Position numbers and translations under genes: made by a program
In this document: positions 18,152 through 27,457 of the stretch, in pieces
How the letters are laid out: each line of letters opens with the position of its first letter
Numbering within the stretch: the stretch's first letter is position 1
NCBI GenBank assembly: GCA_029976005.1
Contig: JARKOQ010000149.1
Location: 68,400-132,399 of the forward strand
Reading direction: 5' to 3'
DNA from: Aggregatilineales bacterium
GTDB taxonomy: Bacteria; Chloroflexota; Anaerolineae; Aggregatilineales; Ch27
DNA: 64,000 nucleotides
The notes under the pieces: model-generated
Database searches by the model: none
What the model saw: only the letters and a program-made list of their open reading frames with translations
Told to the model about the DNA's origin: nothing

Positions 18152-19156
18152 ATGAAACGCTGGCGCAGCCTGCTGCTGGGTATTCTGCTCAGCGCCCTGT
18201 TCCTGTGGTTTGCCCTGCGCGGGCTTGACTGGTCGCAGGTCGGCGTGGTTCTGCGCGATATTCACTGGGAGGGCCTGGCCCTGGCCGCGGGCATCTGGTC
18301 GCTGGGACTGGCGGCGCGCGCCCTGCGCTGGCGGGCGTTGATGGGCTTCCGCACGCCCTTCCGCCAGACGTTTCACGTCCTCAACATTGGCTTCCTGATC
18401 AACAACACCCTGCCCTTCCGGGTCGGGGAGCTGGCCCGCGCCTATCTGATCGGCCGCGAGGACAACGCCGTTTCCGGCTGGGCCGCTCTGAGCACCATCC
18501 TGGCCGAGCGCCTGCTGGACATGCTGGCCGTCGTGCTGATGCTGGCCGCCGTCCTGCCGGTGCTGGTCGTCGACCCGGCGGCCATCCGTGGCGGGGCGCT
18601 GCTGGGCGGGATCGCCGTCCTGGGATTCTGCACCCTGTTGTTCTTCGCCTTCCGCCCCGGCACAGCGCGCCGCCTGCTGGCCTTCGTGCTGGCGAGAATC
18701 CCCGCCCTGCATCGTCTGAATCCAGAATCCTTGCTGGAGCGCGTCCTGGACGGCCTGCACCCGCTGACCACGGCGAAGGGCCTGTTCGGCACGCTGGCGT
18801 GGACGGCGGTCGCCTGGCTGTGCTCGGCGGCGGGATCGTGGGTCCTGGCGCTGGCCTTCCCAGGCCTGCCCCAGACCCCGGTCATGCGGGCCGCGCTGAC
18901 GCTCTCGGTCGTCGCCGCCTCGTTCAGCATCATCATCCCCTTCACCCTTGCCAGCGTCGGGCCGTTCGAGGCCGCCGCCGTCTTTGCGCTCCTGACGGCC
19001 GGCATCTCCCAGGAAGCCGCCGTCGCCTACGCCCTGATCTGGCATGCCGGAGTCGTGATCACGTACGCCGCGTGGGGAGTCCTGGGTCTGCTGGCGCTGG
19101 GCCTGAATTTCAGCCAGGTCCGGCAGGGCGCGGCCGCGCTCGGCGAGCGGCCCTGA
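18152..19156 (+). CDS. Flippase-like membrane protein (UPF0104 / lysylphosphatidylglycerol-synthase TM-region family)
   Basis: AAGGTGG precedes ATG 18152. MKRWRSLLLGILLSALFLWFALRGLDW...FLINNTLPFRVGELARAYL. About 8 TM helices. Confidence 0.75.
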   Translation: MKRWRSLLLGILLSALFLWFALRGLDWSQVGVVLRDIHWEGLALAAGIWSLGLAARALRWRALMGFRTPFRQTFHVLNIGFLINNTLPFRVGELARAYLIGREDNAVSGWAALSTILAERLLDMLAVVLMLAAVLPVLVVDPAAIRGGALLGGIAVLGFCTLLFFAFRPGTARRLLAFVLARIPALHRLNPESLLERVLDGLHPLTTAKGLFGTLAWTAVAWLCSAAGSWVLALAFPGLPQTPVMRAALTLSVVAASFSIIIPFTLASVGPFEAAAVFALLTAGISQEAAVAYALIWHAGVVITYAAWGVLGLLALGLNFSQVRQGAAALGERP

Positions 19157-19195
19157 ACCGGCGATCGCCACCACTCCATCCAGCGGAACAAAAGC

Positions 19196-19227
19196 GAAGT
19201 CCCTCCCCGCGAACAAGGAGGGACTTC
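19196..19227 (-). terminator. Hairpin terminator between convergent genes
   Basis: GAAGTCCCTCC / GGAGGGACTTC stem (11 bp) with a 10-nt loop. A T-rich run (GCTTTTGTT) follows on the minus strand only. Confidence 0.55.
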
Positions 19228-19267
19228 GGACAGAGTCGGGAACACGGTCTCCGCGAACCCGGAGGAA

Positions 19268-20743
19268 TCAGATCGAGGCCCGCTCGACGGGCGGCTCCGG
19301 GACCCTGTGCCGGACCAGGTAGCTCTCGGTCAGGCCCCACAGCATCACCATGCCAAACGCATAGGCGTAGATGAACGCGAATGGAGCCAGCGACGGGGCA
19401 TTCCGCAGCGCGAGCAGCCCGCCCCCGAACGAATAGATCGCCAGGAAAGCCTCGCCCAGGATCGTCCAGTCGCCGCGCAGAGCGTAGCGCGACTTCTGCC
19501 AGTCGTGCCCGCGAAACTTCGGCGTGCGCTGGAAAACGTTTGGGCCGCCGCGCAAGGCCGACAGCACCGCCAGGGTATTGTTCAGCGCCAACCCGGTGCC
19601 CAGCCCCAGCAGAATCGGGAAGATCATCAACCGGCGCGGCCAGTCGGGATAGAGATAGTGCTGGCTGACCAGGTAAACAATCGGCGCGCCCAGGCTGGCC
19701 AACCCCAGGGGGGCCAGCGCGATCTGGTCCAGGACGTCGAAGTACAGCAGAGGCGGGGTCAGCAGCAGCAGGAGCAGCATGAACGGATGGGCCATGTACT
19801 GGCACAGGTGCGCCGTCCCCATGAGCTTCTGAGCCAGGGTGAAGCGTGGGCTGTGCCATAACTGCCAGGCATGGCGCAGCAGGTTCTGGGTGCTGCCCTT
19901 GGCCCAACGGGCCTGCTGGCGTTTGTAGGCGGCCATCTGGGGCGGAATCTCGGCCGGCACGACCACGTCCGGCAGGTACAGAAAACGCCAGCCCCGGAAC
20001 TGGGCCCGATAGCTCAGGTCGAGGTCTTCCGCCAGCGTGGCAAACGACCAGCCTCCCGCGTCGCGGACACAGGCCGCCCGCCACACGCCGGCCGAGCCGC
20101 TGAAGTTCAGCAGCAGCCCACCCCGGCTGCGCGCCGTCTGCTCGACCACAAAATGACCGTCCAGGCTCAGCGCCTGGGCCCGCACCAGCAAATTCTCGTC
20201 CGCGTTGAGGTGCCCCCAGCGCACCTGAACCATACCCAGGCGCGGCTCCTGGCAGAAGTACGGCACGGTCTTGCGCAGGAAATCCGGCGCGGGCACGAAA
20301 TCGGCATCGAACACGGCCACCAGATCGTCGCCCATCCGCTCCGTCGCGTCGGCCAGCGCGCCGGCTTTGTAGCCGCGCTGCGTCCGGCGCTGGATATGCG
20401 TGATGGATACGCCCATCCGCGTATACTGGGCCACCTTCTGCGCGACCAGATCGGACGTATCGTCGTTCGAATCGTCCAGCACCTGAATGTGCAGCCGGTC
20501 CAGGGGATAGTCCAGCGCGGCAACCGCGTCGATCAGCCGTCCGATGACCTCCCGTTCGTTGAACAGGGGAAGCTGGATCGTCACCGAAGGCAGATTCTCG
20601 TCGCTGACCTCAGGCGGAACGGAAACGCTGCGCTTTTGACGCCACCAGATCGCGAGTAAAACAAACGTGCCCAGGGCGTAGACGGCCAGCGCCAGGGCAC
20701 TCAGGACGTAAGTCCAGATTAGTATGTCCATTATGATAACCAT
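19268..20743 (-). CDS. Family 2 glycosyltransferase, processive-type (D, DxD, QxxRW) with C-terminal TM helices
   Basis: VTIQLPLFNE, VLDDSNDDT, AVFDADF, AEDLDLS and QQARWAKG motifs. Start at ATG 20743 or 20731. Confidence 0.85.
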   Translation of the reverse strand: MVIIMDILIWTYVLSALALAVYALGTFVLLAIWWRQKRSVSVPPEVSDENLPSVTIQLPLFNEREVIGRLIDAVAALDYPLDRLHIQVLDDSNDDTSDLVAQKVAQYTRMGVSITHIQRRTQRGYKAGALADATERMGDDLVAVFDADFVPAPDFLRKTVPYFCQEPRLGMVQVRWGHLNADENLLVRAQALSLDGHFVVEQTARSRGGLLLNFSGSAGVWRAACVRDAGGWSFATLAEDLDLSYRAQFRGWRFLYLPDVVVPAEIPPQMAAYKRQQARWAKGSTQNLLRHAWQLWHSPRFTLAQKLMGTAHLCQYMAHPFMLLLLLLTPPLLYFDVLDQIALAPLGLASLGAPIVYLVSQHYLYPDWPRRLMIFPILLGLGTGLALNNTLAVLSALRGGPNVFQRTPKFRGHDWQKSRYALRGDWTILGEAFLAIYSFGGGLLALRNAPSLAPFAFIYAYAFGMVMLWGLTESYLVRHRVPEPPVERASI

Positions 20744-21275
20744 AAGTTACAAAGCGTAGCCTAATGCGCCTCCAGATGCAAGCGAACGAGGGCGCGGCAG
20801 CGCGCGCCCGTTTACGAATACAACCGCTGCCGGACATCGAAATAAAAACGCTTTCCCGCGAGATGCGGATGCTTGCACGCGGGCAGACATTCAGCCCGCG
20901 CCTGTCCTCGAGGTTGCCAGAAGCGCAGTCGCGCATCCGGGCCTCGGCGTGGCCGGTGTGACATGGCGCCTGGTCAAAAAAGCGAAACACGCCGTTGTTC
21001 TCCCAACCCGCGCGCCACGCTTCAGCCCGCCCGAGGGGCTGCCGGTTCCGCGCCACCGTACAACAACCGCCAGCGGTGGAGAAGTATGCCGCGCGCGATT
21101 GTGGGCCGCACTGACATTCTCCATGATTTCGAGCAACGGACATAATCTATTCTTCAGCCTACCAGATATTACGCATTTTGGAACGACTCCGTTCCCCTCC
21201 GCGAGCCATAAGACACGCCACCCTCCCCAATACAATACAAATGCTGCCTTCTGCACAAAACTGAGTCGGCCGGTC

Positions 21276-21281
21276 TATAAT
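21276..21281 (+). promoter_or_regulatory. Possible -10 box (TATAAT) for the CruF-like gene
   Basis: Exact TATAAT 66 nt upstream of ATG 21347 in a locally AT-richer stretch. The only -35 candidate is weak (TGCACA, 18-nt spacer). Confidence 0.3.
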
Positions 21282-21346
21282 ACTCTCCCATTGCAGTCCT
21301 GGATTGATCCGGCTCGCGCGCCCCTTCTTCCGATAGGAGCCTCGCC

Positions 21347-22213
21347 ATGATTCAACCCGCTTTTCTGGCGTTCGATGTGCTGATGATTGCTTTGTTCGTG
21401 GGCTGCCTGTGGCATGCCGCCCGCCAGAGCCGGGCGCGGGTAGCCGAGCTGATCTTCGGGCTGATCTACGGCGTGCTGCTGGAATGGATGACCCTGCGCC
21501 AGCTTCAGGCCTACGAGTATGGGCAGTTCCTGATCATGTTCGATGGTGCGCCCCTGGCGATCGGGCTGGGCTGGGCCGTCATCATCTACAGCAGCATGGA
21601 GTTCAGCAGCCGCCTTCAGATGCCCGCCCTGGCGCGGCCCTTTCTGGACGGGCTGCTGGCGCTCAACATCGACCTGGCGATGGACACGATCGCCATCCGG
21701 ATGAGGATGTGGACGTGGGGGGTGCTTCCGCTCGATCAGGAATGGTTCGGCGTGCCCTGGGGGAACTTCTGGGCCTGGTTCATCGTGGTGACGTCGTTCT
21801 CGGCCTTCCTGCGCATCTTCCGCGCCGCCAGCAGCTATCGCCTGTGGCGGATTGTCTATGTGCCCTTCGCCTTCATGCTTTCGATTGTCGTGCTGTTCAT
21901 CACCAACCGGCTGTTCGCGGTCGTCCTGCACCCCAACAACCTGGGCTTCGCGGGCATGGCGCTCCTGATTGGCTGCGGACTCGTCATCGTCCTGACCGCG
22001 CGGCCACGGGCCGGGGGCGGACAGCTCGATCCGGTGGTGCTGGCGGTGCCGCTCGTCTTCCACGTCTTCTTCATCGTGTGTGGCCTCTATTTCGGCTTTT
22101 ATGCCCAGCTCCCCATCCTGGCCGTGATCGGCGTGGGCATGGCTCTGATTGGGATGGCGCTCCACCTCTGGCCCTGGTGGGCCAACCGCCGCAAACCGAC
22201 TCCGGTCGCCTGA
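21347..22213 (+). CDS. Polytopic membrane protein, carotenoid-biosynthesis-protein (DUF422/CruF-like) family, tentative
   Basis: AGGAG lies 7 nt before ATG 21347. About 7 TM helices. The LALNIDLAMDTIAIRMRMWTW...WFGVPWGNFWAW pattern resembles PF04240 members. Assignment is from memory of the family only. Confidence 0.5.
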   Translation: MIQPAFLAFDVLMIALFVGCLWHAARQSRARVAELIFGLIYGVLLEWMTLRQLQAYEYGQFLIMFDGAPLAIGLGWAVIIYSSMEFSSRLQMPALARPFLDGLLALNIDLAMDTIAIRMRMWTWGVLPLDQEWFGVPWGNFWAWFIVVTSFSAFLRIFRAASSYRLWRIVYVPFAFMLSIVVLFITNRLFAVVLHPNNLGFAGMALLIGCGLVIVLTARPRAGGGQLDPVVLAVPLVFHVFFIVCGLYFGFYAQLPILAVIGVGMALIGMALHLWPWWANRRKPTPVA

Positions 22214-22217
22214 TCGC

Positions 22218-22241
22218 ACAGGGCGCCTCGCGGCGCCCTGT
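22218..22241. terminator. GC hairpin between convergent genes (no T-tract)
   Basis: ACAGGGCGCC-TCGC-GGCGCCCTGT, a 10-bp perfect stem. Confidence 0.4.
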
Positions 22242-22262
22242 CACAGTCTCCCCAGGCAGCGT

Positions 22263-23429
22263 CTAGCGAGGCGCGAGCCGGGCCTGGGCTGCCTGGAGGG
22301 TCTCCATCTTCTTGCAGAAGGTGAAGCGGGCCAAGCGCTGCCCCAGCGCCCGGCTCCCGGCGCTAAAGAAGGGCGTCGCCGGGATGCAGGCCACCCCCAC
22401 GTCGCGGATCAGGTGCCGGGCGAACTCGAAGTCGTCGCCCTCAAAAATGTCGCTGAAGTCGGCCATGAGGTAAAAAGCGCCCAGCCGGTCGGGCAGCGCC
22501 GGCTTCAGCCCGGCCGCCCGGAGCATCTCCGCCAGCATATCGCGCCGGGGCTGGTAGAACGCGTTCAGCCCATCGAAATAGCTCTGCGGCAGGCGCAGGG
22601 CCTCGGCCACCGCCTGCTGGAGGGGATGGGCCACCGCGTACATGCTGAACTCGTGCAGGCGCTTCATGCCGTCCAGCAAGGCCGCCGTCCCCATCGCCCA
22701 GCCGATCTTGAAGCCCGTCGCGCTGAAGGTCTTGCCCGCGCTGCTGATCGTGATCGTGCGCTCCGCCATGCCGGGCAGTGTGGCCAGCCGGACGTGGGTC
22801 GCGCCGTCATACAACAGGTGCTCGTAGACCTCGTCGCAGATCGCAAGGACGTCCCACTGCTGGCACAGGCGGGCGATCTCGGCCAGCTCCTCCCGGCTGA
22901 AAACCTTGCCGGTGGGATTGTGGGGCGTGTTGAGCAGGATCGCGCGGGTGCGCGGGGTGAAAGCCGCCGCCAGCTCGGCCGGATCGAACGCCCAATCCGG
23001 CGGGCGGAGCGGCACGAAGCGGGCCACGCCCCCGGCCATCTCGATATTGGGCACGTAGGTATCGAAGAATGGCTCGAAGAGAACGACCTCGTCCCCTGGA
23101 TCGATCAGACCCGTGATGGCGAAATACACCGCCAGCGAAGCTCCCCCCAGCACCAGGACGCCCTGATCCGGATCGACCTGATGGCCGTAGAAGCGCCGGG
23201 CGTGCTCGGCGATCCCCTGGCGCAGGGCCTCCGTCCCGGTCGAGGGCGCGTATTGCGTCGTCAGCCCGGATTGCAACGCCGCGACGGCCGCCCCGATCAC
23301 TTCCGGCGGGCCGTCGAAATCCGGCGCGCCCTGGCTAAGGTTGATCGCGCCGTGGGCGCGCGCCAGCGCGTTGATCTCGGCGAATACGCTTGGGCCTACG
23401 TTCTGGACCCGGCTGGCCAAGAGCTTCAT
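22263..23429 (-). CDS. Class I/II aminotransferase (methionine/kynurenine-type)
   Basis: GGGGAG precedes ATG 23429. Motifs INLSQGAPDF, LNTPHNPTG and SAGKTFSATGFKIGW (PLP Lys). Confidence 0.85.
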   Translation of the reverse strand: MKLLASRVQNVGPSVFAEINALARAHGAINLSQGAPDFDGPPEVIGAAVAALQSGLTTQYAPSTGTEALRQGIAEHARRFYGHQVDPDQGVLVLGGASLAVYFAITGLIDPGDEVVLFEPFFDTYVPNIEMAGGVARFVPLRPPDWAFDPAELAAAFTPRTRAILLNTPHNPTGKVFSREELAEIARLCQQWDVLAICDEVYEHLLYDGATHVRLATLPGMAERTITISSAGKTFSATGFKIGWAMGTAALLDGMKRLHEFSMYAVAHPLQQAVAEALRLPQSYFDGLNAFYQPRRDMLAEMLRAAGLKPALPDRLGAFYLMADFSDIFEGDDFEFARHLIRDVGVACIPATPFFSAGSRALGQRLARFTFCKKMETLQAAQARLAPR

Positions 23430-23507
23430 GGTCTCCCCTGCCTTGTGGATGAAAAGCACACCGCTCCGGTCAGGGCCGGAGCGGTATGAAAAACGCCCAG
23501 GATTGTC

Positions 23508-23939
23508 TCACAACTCCGTATCGTCGATGAAGGCGTCCAGCTCGTCGTCGTGGTCGAGATTCTCTTCCCGGAAGCGACGTTTGTAGCGCTGTTTGTAGGC
23601 ATCAACTGCGGGCGCACTGCCGGTTGACGCAGGCGCACCGCCGGATTGAAACTCTCGATCGTACCTCGCCCGAATCTCAGCGACCCGTTGAGATGTGGAC
23701 GAGCGCGACCGAACCCGCGAGCGGACTCGATCCGCGCCCTGATCGCCCAGCAGCCCTTCGTCGCCCAGCGTTTCGTCCTTGCCCCGCAGCGCGCCAAAAA
23801 TGGCGGAGATCAAGTCCCGAACCAGTTCCAGGCGCGTCAATACGTACACCACCCCGATCCCGACGATCAGCAGGCCGCAGAGCACCCCACAGACCAGGGT
23901 CAGTGTCGCAAGCCCGGTTCCCAGAGGCGAGAGGTCCAT
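23508..23939 (-). CDS. Hypothetical membrane-anchored protein
   Basis: One N-terminal TM helix (LATLTLVCGVLCGLLIVGIGVVYVL), then a charged tail. It lies directly downstream of the dehydrogenase gene on the same strand. Confidence 0.5.
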   Translation of the reverse strand: MDLSPLGTGLATLTLVCGVLCGLLIVGIGVVYVLTRLELVRDLISAIFGALRGKDETLGDEGLLGDQGADRVRSRVRSRSSTSQRVAEIRARYDREFQSGGAPASTGSAPAVDAYKQRYKRRFREENLDHDDELDAFIDDTEL

Positions 23940-23961
23940 AGGCGATCCGCTGGCCTCCGCG

Positions 23962-24927
23962 TCAGCCGGCCGGGATGGCGGACGGATTGACGACGTTGTC
24001 GTACTTGTGGTTCAGGAGCGCGTCGCGCACCAGTTCGGCCGCCTGACGGGCCACGGTCAACTGGGCCTCGACCGTACTCGCACCCAGGTGGGGGGTGTGG
24101 ATCACGCCCTTCAGGCCGACCAGCGGGAAGCCCTCGGCGGGCGGCTCGGTCGGATAGACGTCCAGTGCGGCCCCGGCGACCTTGCCGCCGCGAATCGCTT
24201 CCGCCAGCGCCTCGGAGTCGATCAGGCTGCCGCGCGCCGCATTGATGATCCGCACGCCCGTCTTCATTTTCGCCAGGGAAGCCGCGTTGATCATCCCCTT
24301 GGAGGTCTCGTTGGCGGGCGCGTGCAGGGAGATGATGTCGCTCCGCGCGTACAGCTCGTCCAGGGAAACCGGCTCGACGCCACACTCGCGCAGGGACTCC
24401 GCCGTCGCGACCGGATCGAAGCCGATCGTAGTCATCTCGAAGGCCTGGGCGCGCCGGGCCATCGCCTTGCCGATGCGGCCGACGCCGACCAGACCCAGGG
24501 TCTTGCCGCACAGCTCGTTGCCCATGAAGCTCTTGCGATCCCAGCGGCCTTCCAGCATCGACTGGTGCCCGGCGGGAATGTGCCGCACCAGGGCCAGCAT
24601 GAGGCCAAAGGCGTGTTCGGCGGCCGCGATCGTGTTGCCGCCGGGGGTGTTCATCACCACGATGCCGCGCGCCGTCGCGGCGGGCACGTCGATGGTATCC
24701 ACCCCGGCCCCGGCCCGCGCCACCACCTTTAGCCGGGGCGCGGCGGCAATGAAGTCCGCATCGACCTTGGTGGCGCTGCGCACGATGAGCGCGTCGGCAT
24801 CGGCGGCTTCGGCCAGCGCGACGTCGCGGGCAAAAGAGCCGGCTACAATGGTGAACTGCGGTTCGTGCTGAAGAATCTCCAGGCCCACGGAATCAAGATT
24901 ATCGGAAATCAGGATTTTGAAACCCAT
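23962..24927 (-). CDS. D-isomer-specific 2-hydroxyacid dehydrogenase (D-3-phosphoglycerate dehydrogenase-like, no ACT domain)
   Basis: GGGGGAG lies 8 nt before ATG 24927. Motifs GKTLGLVGVGRIGKAMA, NAARGSLID and HTPHLGAST. Confidence 0.85.
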   Translation of the reverse strand: MGFKILISDNLDSVGLEILQHEPQFTIVAGSFARDVALAEAADADALIVRSATKVDADFIAAAPRLKVVARAGAGVDTIDVPAATARGIVVMNTPGGNTIAAAEHAFGLMLALVRHIPAGHQSMLEGRWDRKSFMGNELCGKTLGLVGVGRIGKAMARRAQAFEMTTIGFDPVATAESLRECGVEPVSLDELYARSDIISLHAPANETSKGMINAASLAKMKTGVRIINAARGSLIDSEALAEAIRGGKVAGAALDVYPTEPPAEGFPLVGLKGVIHTPHLGASTVEAQLTVARQAAELVRDALLNHKYDNVVNPSAIPAG

Positions 24928-25006
24928 GACGGCATCTCCCCCCAGGGTAGGAAGAACAAATGGCCCACTGGTAAGTGTAGCGGGCAATCGCGCTCCGTGG
25001 AGATGG

Positions 25007-25492
25007 TTAACTTATCTGAACCCGGATCTCCAAAGCGCCCAAACGCAGCACGTCGCCGCTGACCAGCAAGTGCTGGAAATGGGGCTGCAACCGCCGGCCG
25101 TTCAGAAATGTGCCGTTGGTGCTTTCGAGATCGGCTACGAAGACCGCGCCGCGATCGACTCGCAGGATGGCATGTTGCCGGGAGACGCCCTTCTCACCGC
25201 CCCCGGCCAGAGCCAGATCGATCGCTTCCCGCGCGGCATCGGGAGGAACACAGCGGCCAAGCAGGATGGAAGCCTCACCCTTGACCGAACACTCATACGC
25301 CTGCTGGTCCGCACTGAGGGTAATCGTATGGAGGGGACCGCTGCCCACGCCAGATTTGGTCCGAGGCTGGTTGCTGGACTCGCCCTTGATCTGGAGACGC
25401 CGGGTCAGCATGTCATCCGACTGAAGCGCGCCACAGGTCTGGCAAAGCAACTCGCCTTCCCGGATAGGTGAACCACATTGCGAGCAGTTCAT
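25007..25492 (-). CDS. FHA-domain protein with N-terminal zinc ribbon
   Basis: MNCSQCGSPIREGELLCQTCG (CxxC...CxxC), then LLGRC...VSRQHAIL...DLESTNGTFLNGRRL (FHA core). Confidence 0.85.
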   Translation of the reverse strand: MNCSQCGSPIREGELLCQTCGALQSDDMLTRRLQIKGESSNQPRTKSGVGSGPLHTITLSADQQAYECSVKGEASILLGRCVPPDAAREAIDLALAGGGEKGVSRQHAILRVDRGAVFVADLESTNGTFLNGRRLQPHFQHLLVSGDVLRLGALEIRVQIS

Positions 25493-25543
25493 GTCACCAC
25501 TTGCCTAAGAGTTTAACTAAGCATTTCCTTCAGTCTAACCCAG

Positions 25544-25574
25544 TTCACGAATTATTTCCGGAAAAATTCGTGAA
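25544..25574. promoter_or_regulatory. 31-nt AT-rich near-perfect palindrome (candidate operator or structured RNA)
   Basis: TTCACGAATT-ATTTCCGGAAA-AATTCGTGAA: perfect 10-nt arms with TTTCCGGAAA, itself a palindrome, at the centre. It lies 52-82 nt upstream of the FHA start codon. Confidence 0.4.
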
Positions 25575-25690
25575 TCTTCTGACAATTCCATTGTCACTCC
25601 GGAGGACGCCTCCGACCACCACCCATCAGTACCAATCCACGCGTTCCGCCGCGGGGACGACCGGACAGACTCGCCGGCGTGGCGCCAGGT

Positions 25691-27457
25691 CTATTCGGCC
25701 TGGGTTGGCTCCGGCACCGTCTCGATCTCGCGGCGGAGGGCCTCAAGCTGCGCCGACAGCCCATCCAGGATCTGCACGTCGCGTTCGGCGGCCTGGGCGA
25801 TGACCTCGAACCGGCTGAACACCGGATCAAGAATCTGGTGGCCGTATTGCAGCAGCCGGCTACGCTCGCGCTCCGTCAGCTCGGCCATCGCCTGGCCGTA
25901 ACCGCGCTCGAAAATGTCCATCTGCCCGTTGAAATCCCGCTTGACATCCTGGCGCAGCCGCCGCCAGTAGCTCAAGGCAAAGCCCCCGCCACCCAGAGCA
26001 AACGCCACGCCGCCCACAAACCCTATCATCGCCAGCGGAAAAACCGTGAGCGCGCCCGGCGTGGCGATCCCCAGCAGGGCGGCGATCAGCCCGCCCAAAC
26101 CGACTCCCAGGCTGGTCCCCAACCCGGTCACGTTGGTCTTGAATCGCTCCTGCATGACGTTCAGCATCTGGGTGTTGGAATAGGCCCCCATCTCGACATC
26201 CGCGATGGCGATCGCTTCCTGAAGGGCCTGGCGCTGTTCGGAGTAAACGCCGCCGTCCACCCCGCGCACGTCCTGCTGCAAGATGTCGTCGAGCTGGCTG
26301 AGCCGCCGCACGATGTTTTGCCAGTAGCGGCGGTTGCTATCGACCAGGGCGTTGACATAATCGTTCGAAATGTCGTTGATCTGATCCAGCGCCCGGCCGA
26401 TGACGTGCTCCTCGAACTCGCCGCGCAGCGCCTCGTCGTTGGAAGGCTGGCCGGGCATCCGCACCTTGAAATTCGCGTCGATGAAGCGCATGCCGCGCTG
26501 GCGCACCTCCCCCAGCAAGCGGCCGATCTGGGCCGTACCCGCCGCCAACTGGGCGTCCATCGCCGCCGCGTGAGTCTCCAGTTCCTGTTCGATCTGGGCG
26601 GTCTGATCGCGGTTGCGGCCAATCAGATCCAGGCGGGTCTCCAGCCGCTCGTGGTGCTTCGCCATCTGGCGCTGGGCCAGGTCAAGCTGGGCCCCCAGCT
26701 TCTGGCGGGCGGGCGGCACCTGCTCGAAGGTGGCCCGCAGGTGGGCGCGCACCGCCTCCAGACCGCTGTCCCCCTCCCCCGCCAGGGCGCGTTTGGCCGA
26801 GACCATGAAGATCAGCGGCTTGAGGCCCAGGCGCGTCTCAAGCTGGGACTGGACGAAGCGGCGCACGTCGGCCTGCTCGCGCGGCTCCAGCAGATCGGTC
26901 TGGTTGATGACGACCACGATCTTTTTGCCAAAGTCGCGGATCAGCTCCAGATACAGCCGGTCGGTCTCCCCCAGAGCACGCTTGGCCGACATGACGAAAA
27001 CCACCAGATCGCTGCGATGCAGGAAATTGCGGGCGATCTCCTCGTGCTGGCGGAAAACCGAGCCGGTGCCGGGCGTGTCGACCAGGACGACGCCCGCCCC
27101 GCCCAGGCCGGGGTGCGTCCATTCCCGCACGCCATCGTCGCGCAGCACCGAGCGCCGCGAGACGGCCTCGGCGTAACGAATCAGCTCGATCACCTCGGTA
27201 GTCGGCGTGATGCCGGTCGGCAGCAGGTTATCCTCCAACAGGGCATTGATGAAAGACGATTTGCCCGCGTTGAACTCGCCAACCACGACCACCATGAAGA
27301 ACATGTAGCGCAGGTCGTCGGCTACCTCGCGCAGGCGCTGGCGATCGGCCTCGCCCTCCGGCGAAAGCCCGGCCAGCGCGTCCCCAACCTCGTGCAGCAG
27401 GCGAATCTCCCGCTCGCGCAGATCGGCCAGGGCGCCTTCCAGAACGTGGTCGTTCAT
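25691..27457 (-). CDS. Bacterial dynamin-like GTPase (downstream member of pair)
   Basis: G1 GEFNAGKSSFINALL, G2 TPTT, G3 LVDTPG, G4 INQTD. Hydrophobic hairpin GLIAALLGIATPGALTVFPLAMIGFVGGVAFALGGGGFAL. ATG 27457 overlaps the upstream stop (ATGA) and is preceded by GGAGTGAGG. Confidence 0.85.
   Translation of the reverse strand: MNDHVLEGALADLREREIRLLHEVGDALAGLSPEGEADRQRLREVADDLRYMFFMVVVVGEFNAGKSSFINALLEDNLLPTGITPTTEVIELIRYAEAVSRRSVLRDDGVREWTHPGLGGAGVVLVDTPGTGSVFRQHEEIARNFLHRSDLVVFVMSAKRALGETDRLYLELIRDFGKKIVVVINQTDLLEPREQADVRRFVQSQLETRLGLKPLIFMVSAKRALAGEGDSGLEAVRAHLRATFEQVPPARQKLGAQLDLAQRQMAKHHERLETRLDLIGRNRDQTAQIEQELETHAAAMDAQLAAGTAQIGRLLGEVRQRGMRFIDANFKVRMPGQPSNDEALRGEFEEHVIGRALDQINDISNDYVNALVDSNRRYWQNIVRRLSQLDDILQQDVRGVDGGVYSEQRQALQEAIAIADVEMGAYSNTQMLNVMQERFKTNVTGLGTSLGVGLGGLIAALLGIATPGALTVFPLAMIGFVGGVAFALGGGGFALSYWRRLRQDVKRDFNGQMDIFERGYGQAMAELTERERSRLLQYGHQILDPVFSRFEVIAQAAERDVQILDGLSAQLEALRREIETVPEPTQAE

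Noticed and set aside
20610-21143. 177-aa minus ORF in the 600-bp gap (contains WENNGVFRFFDQAPCHTGH)
   Set aside because: It overlaps the 5' end of the GT2 gene in another frame, is Cys/Arg-rich, and has no SD or recognisable family. A decayed gene cannot be excluded, so the region is listed as a finding rather than a CDS.
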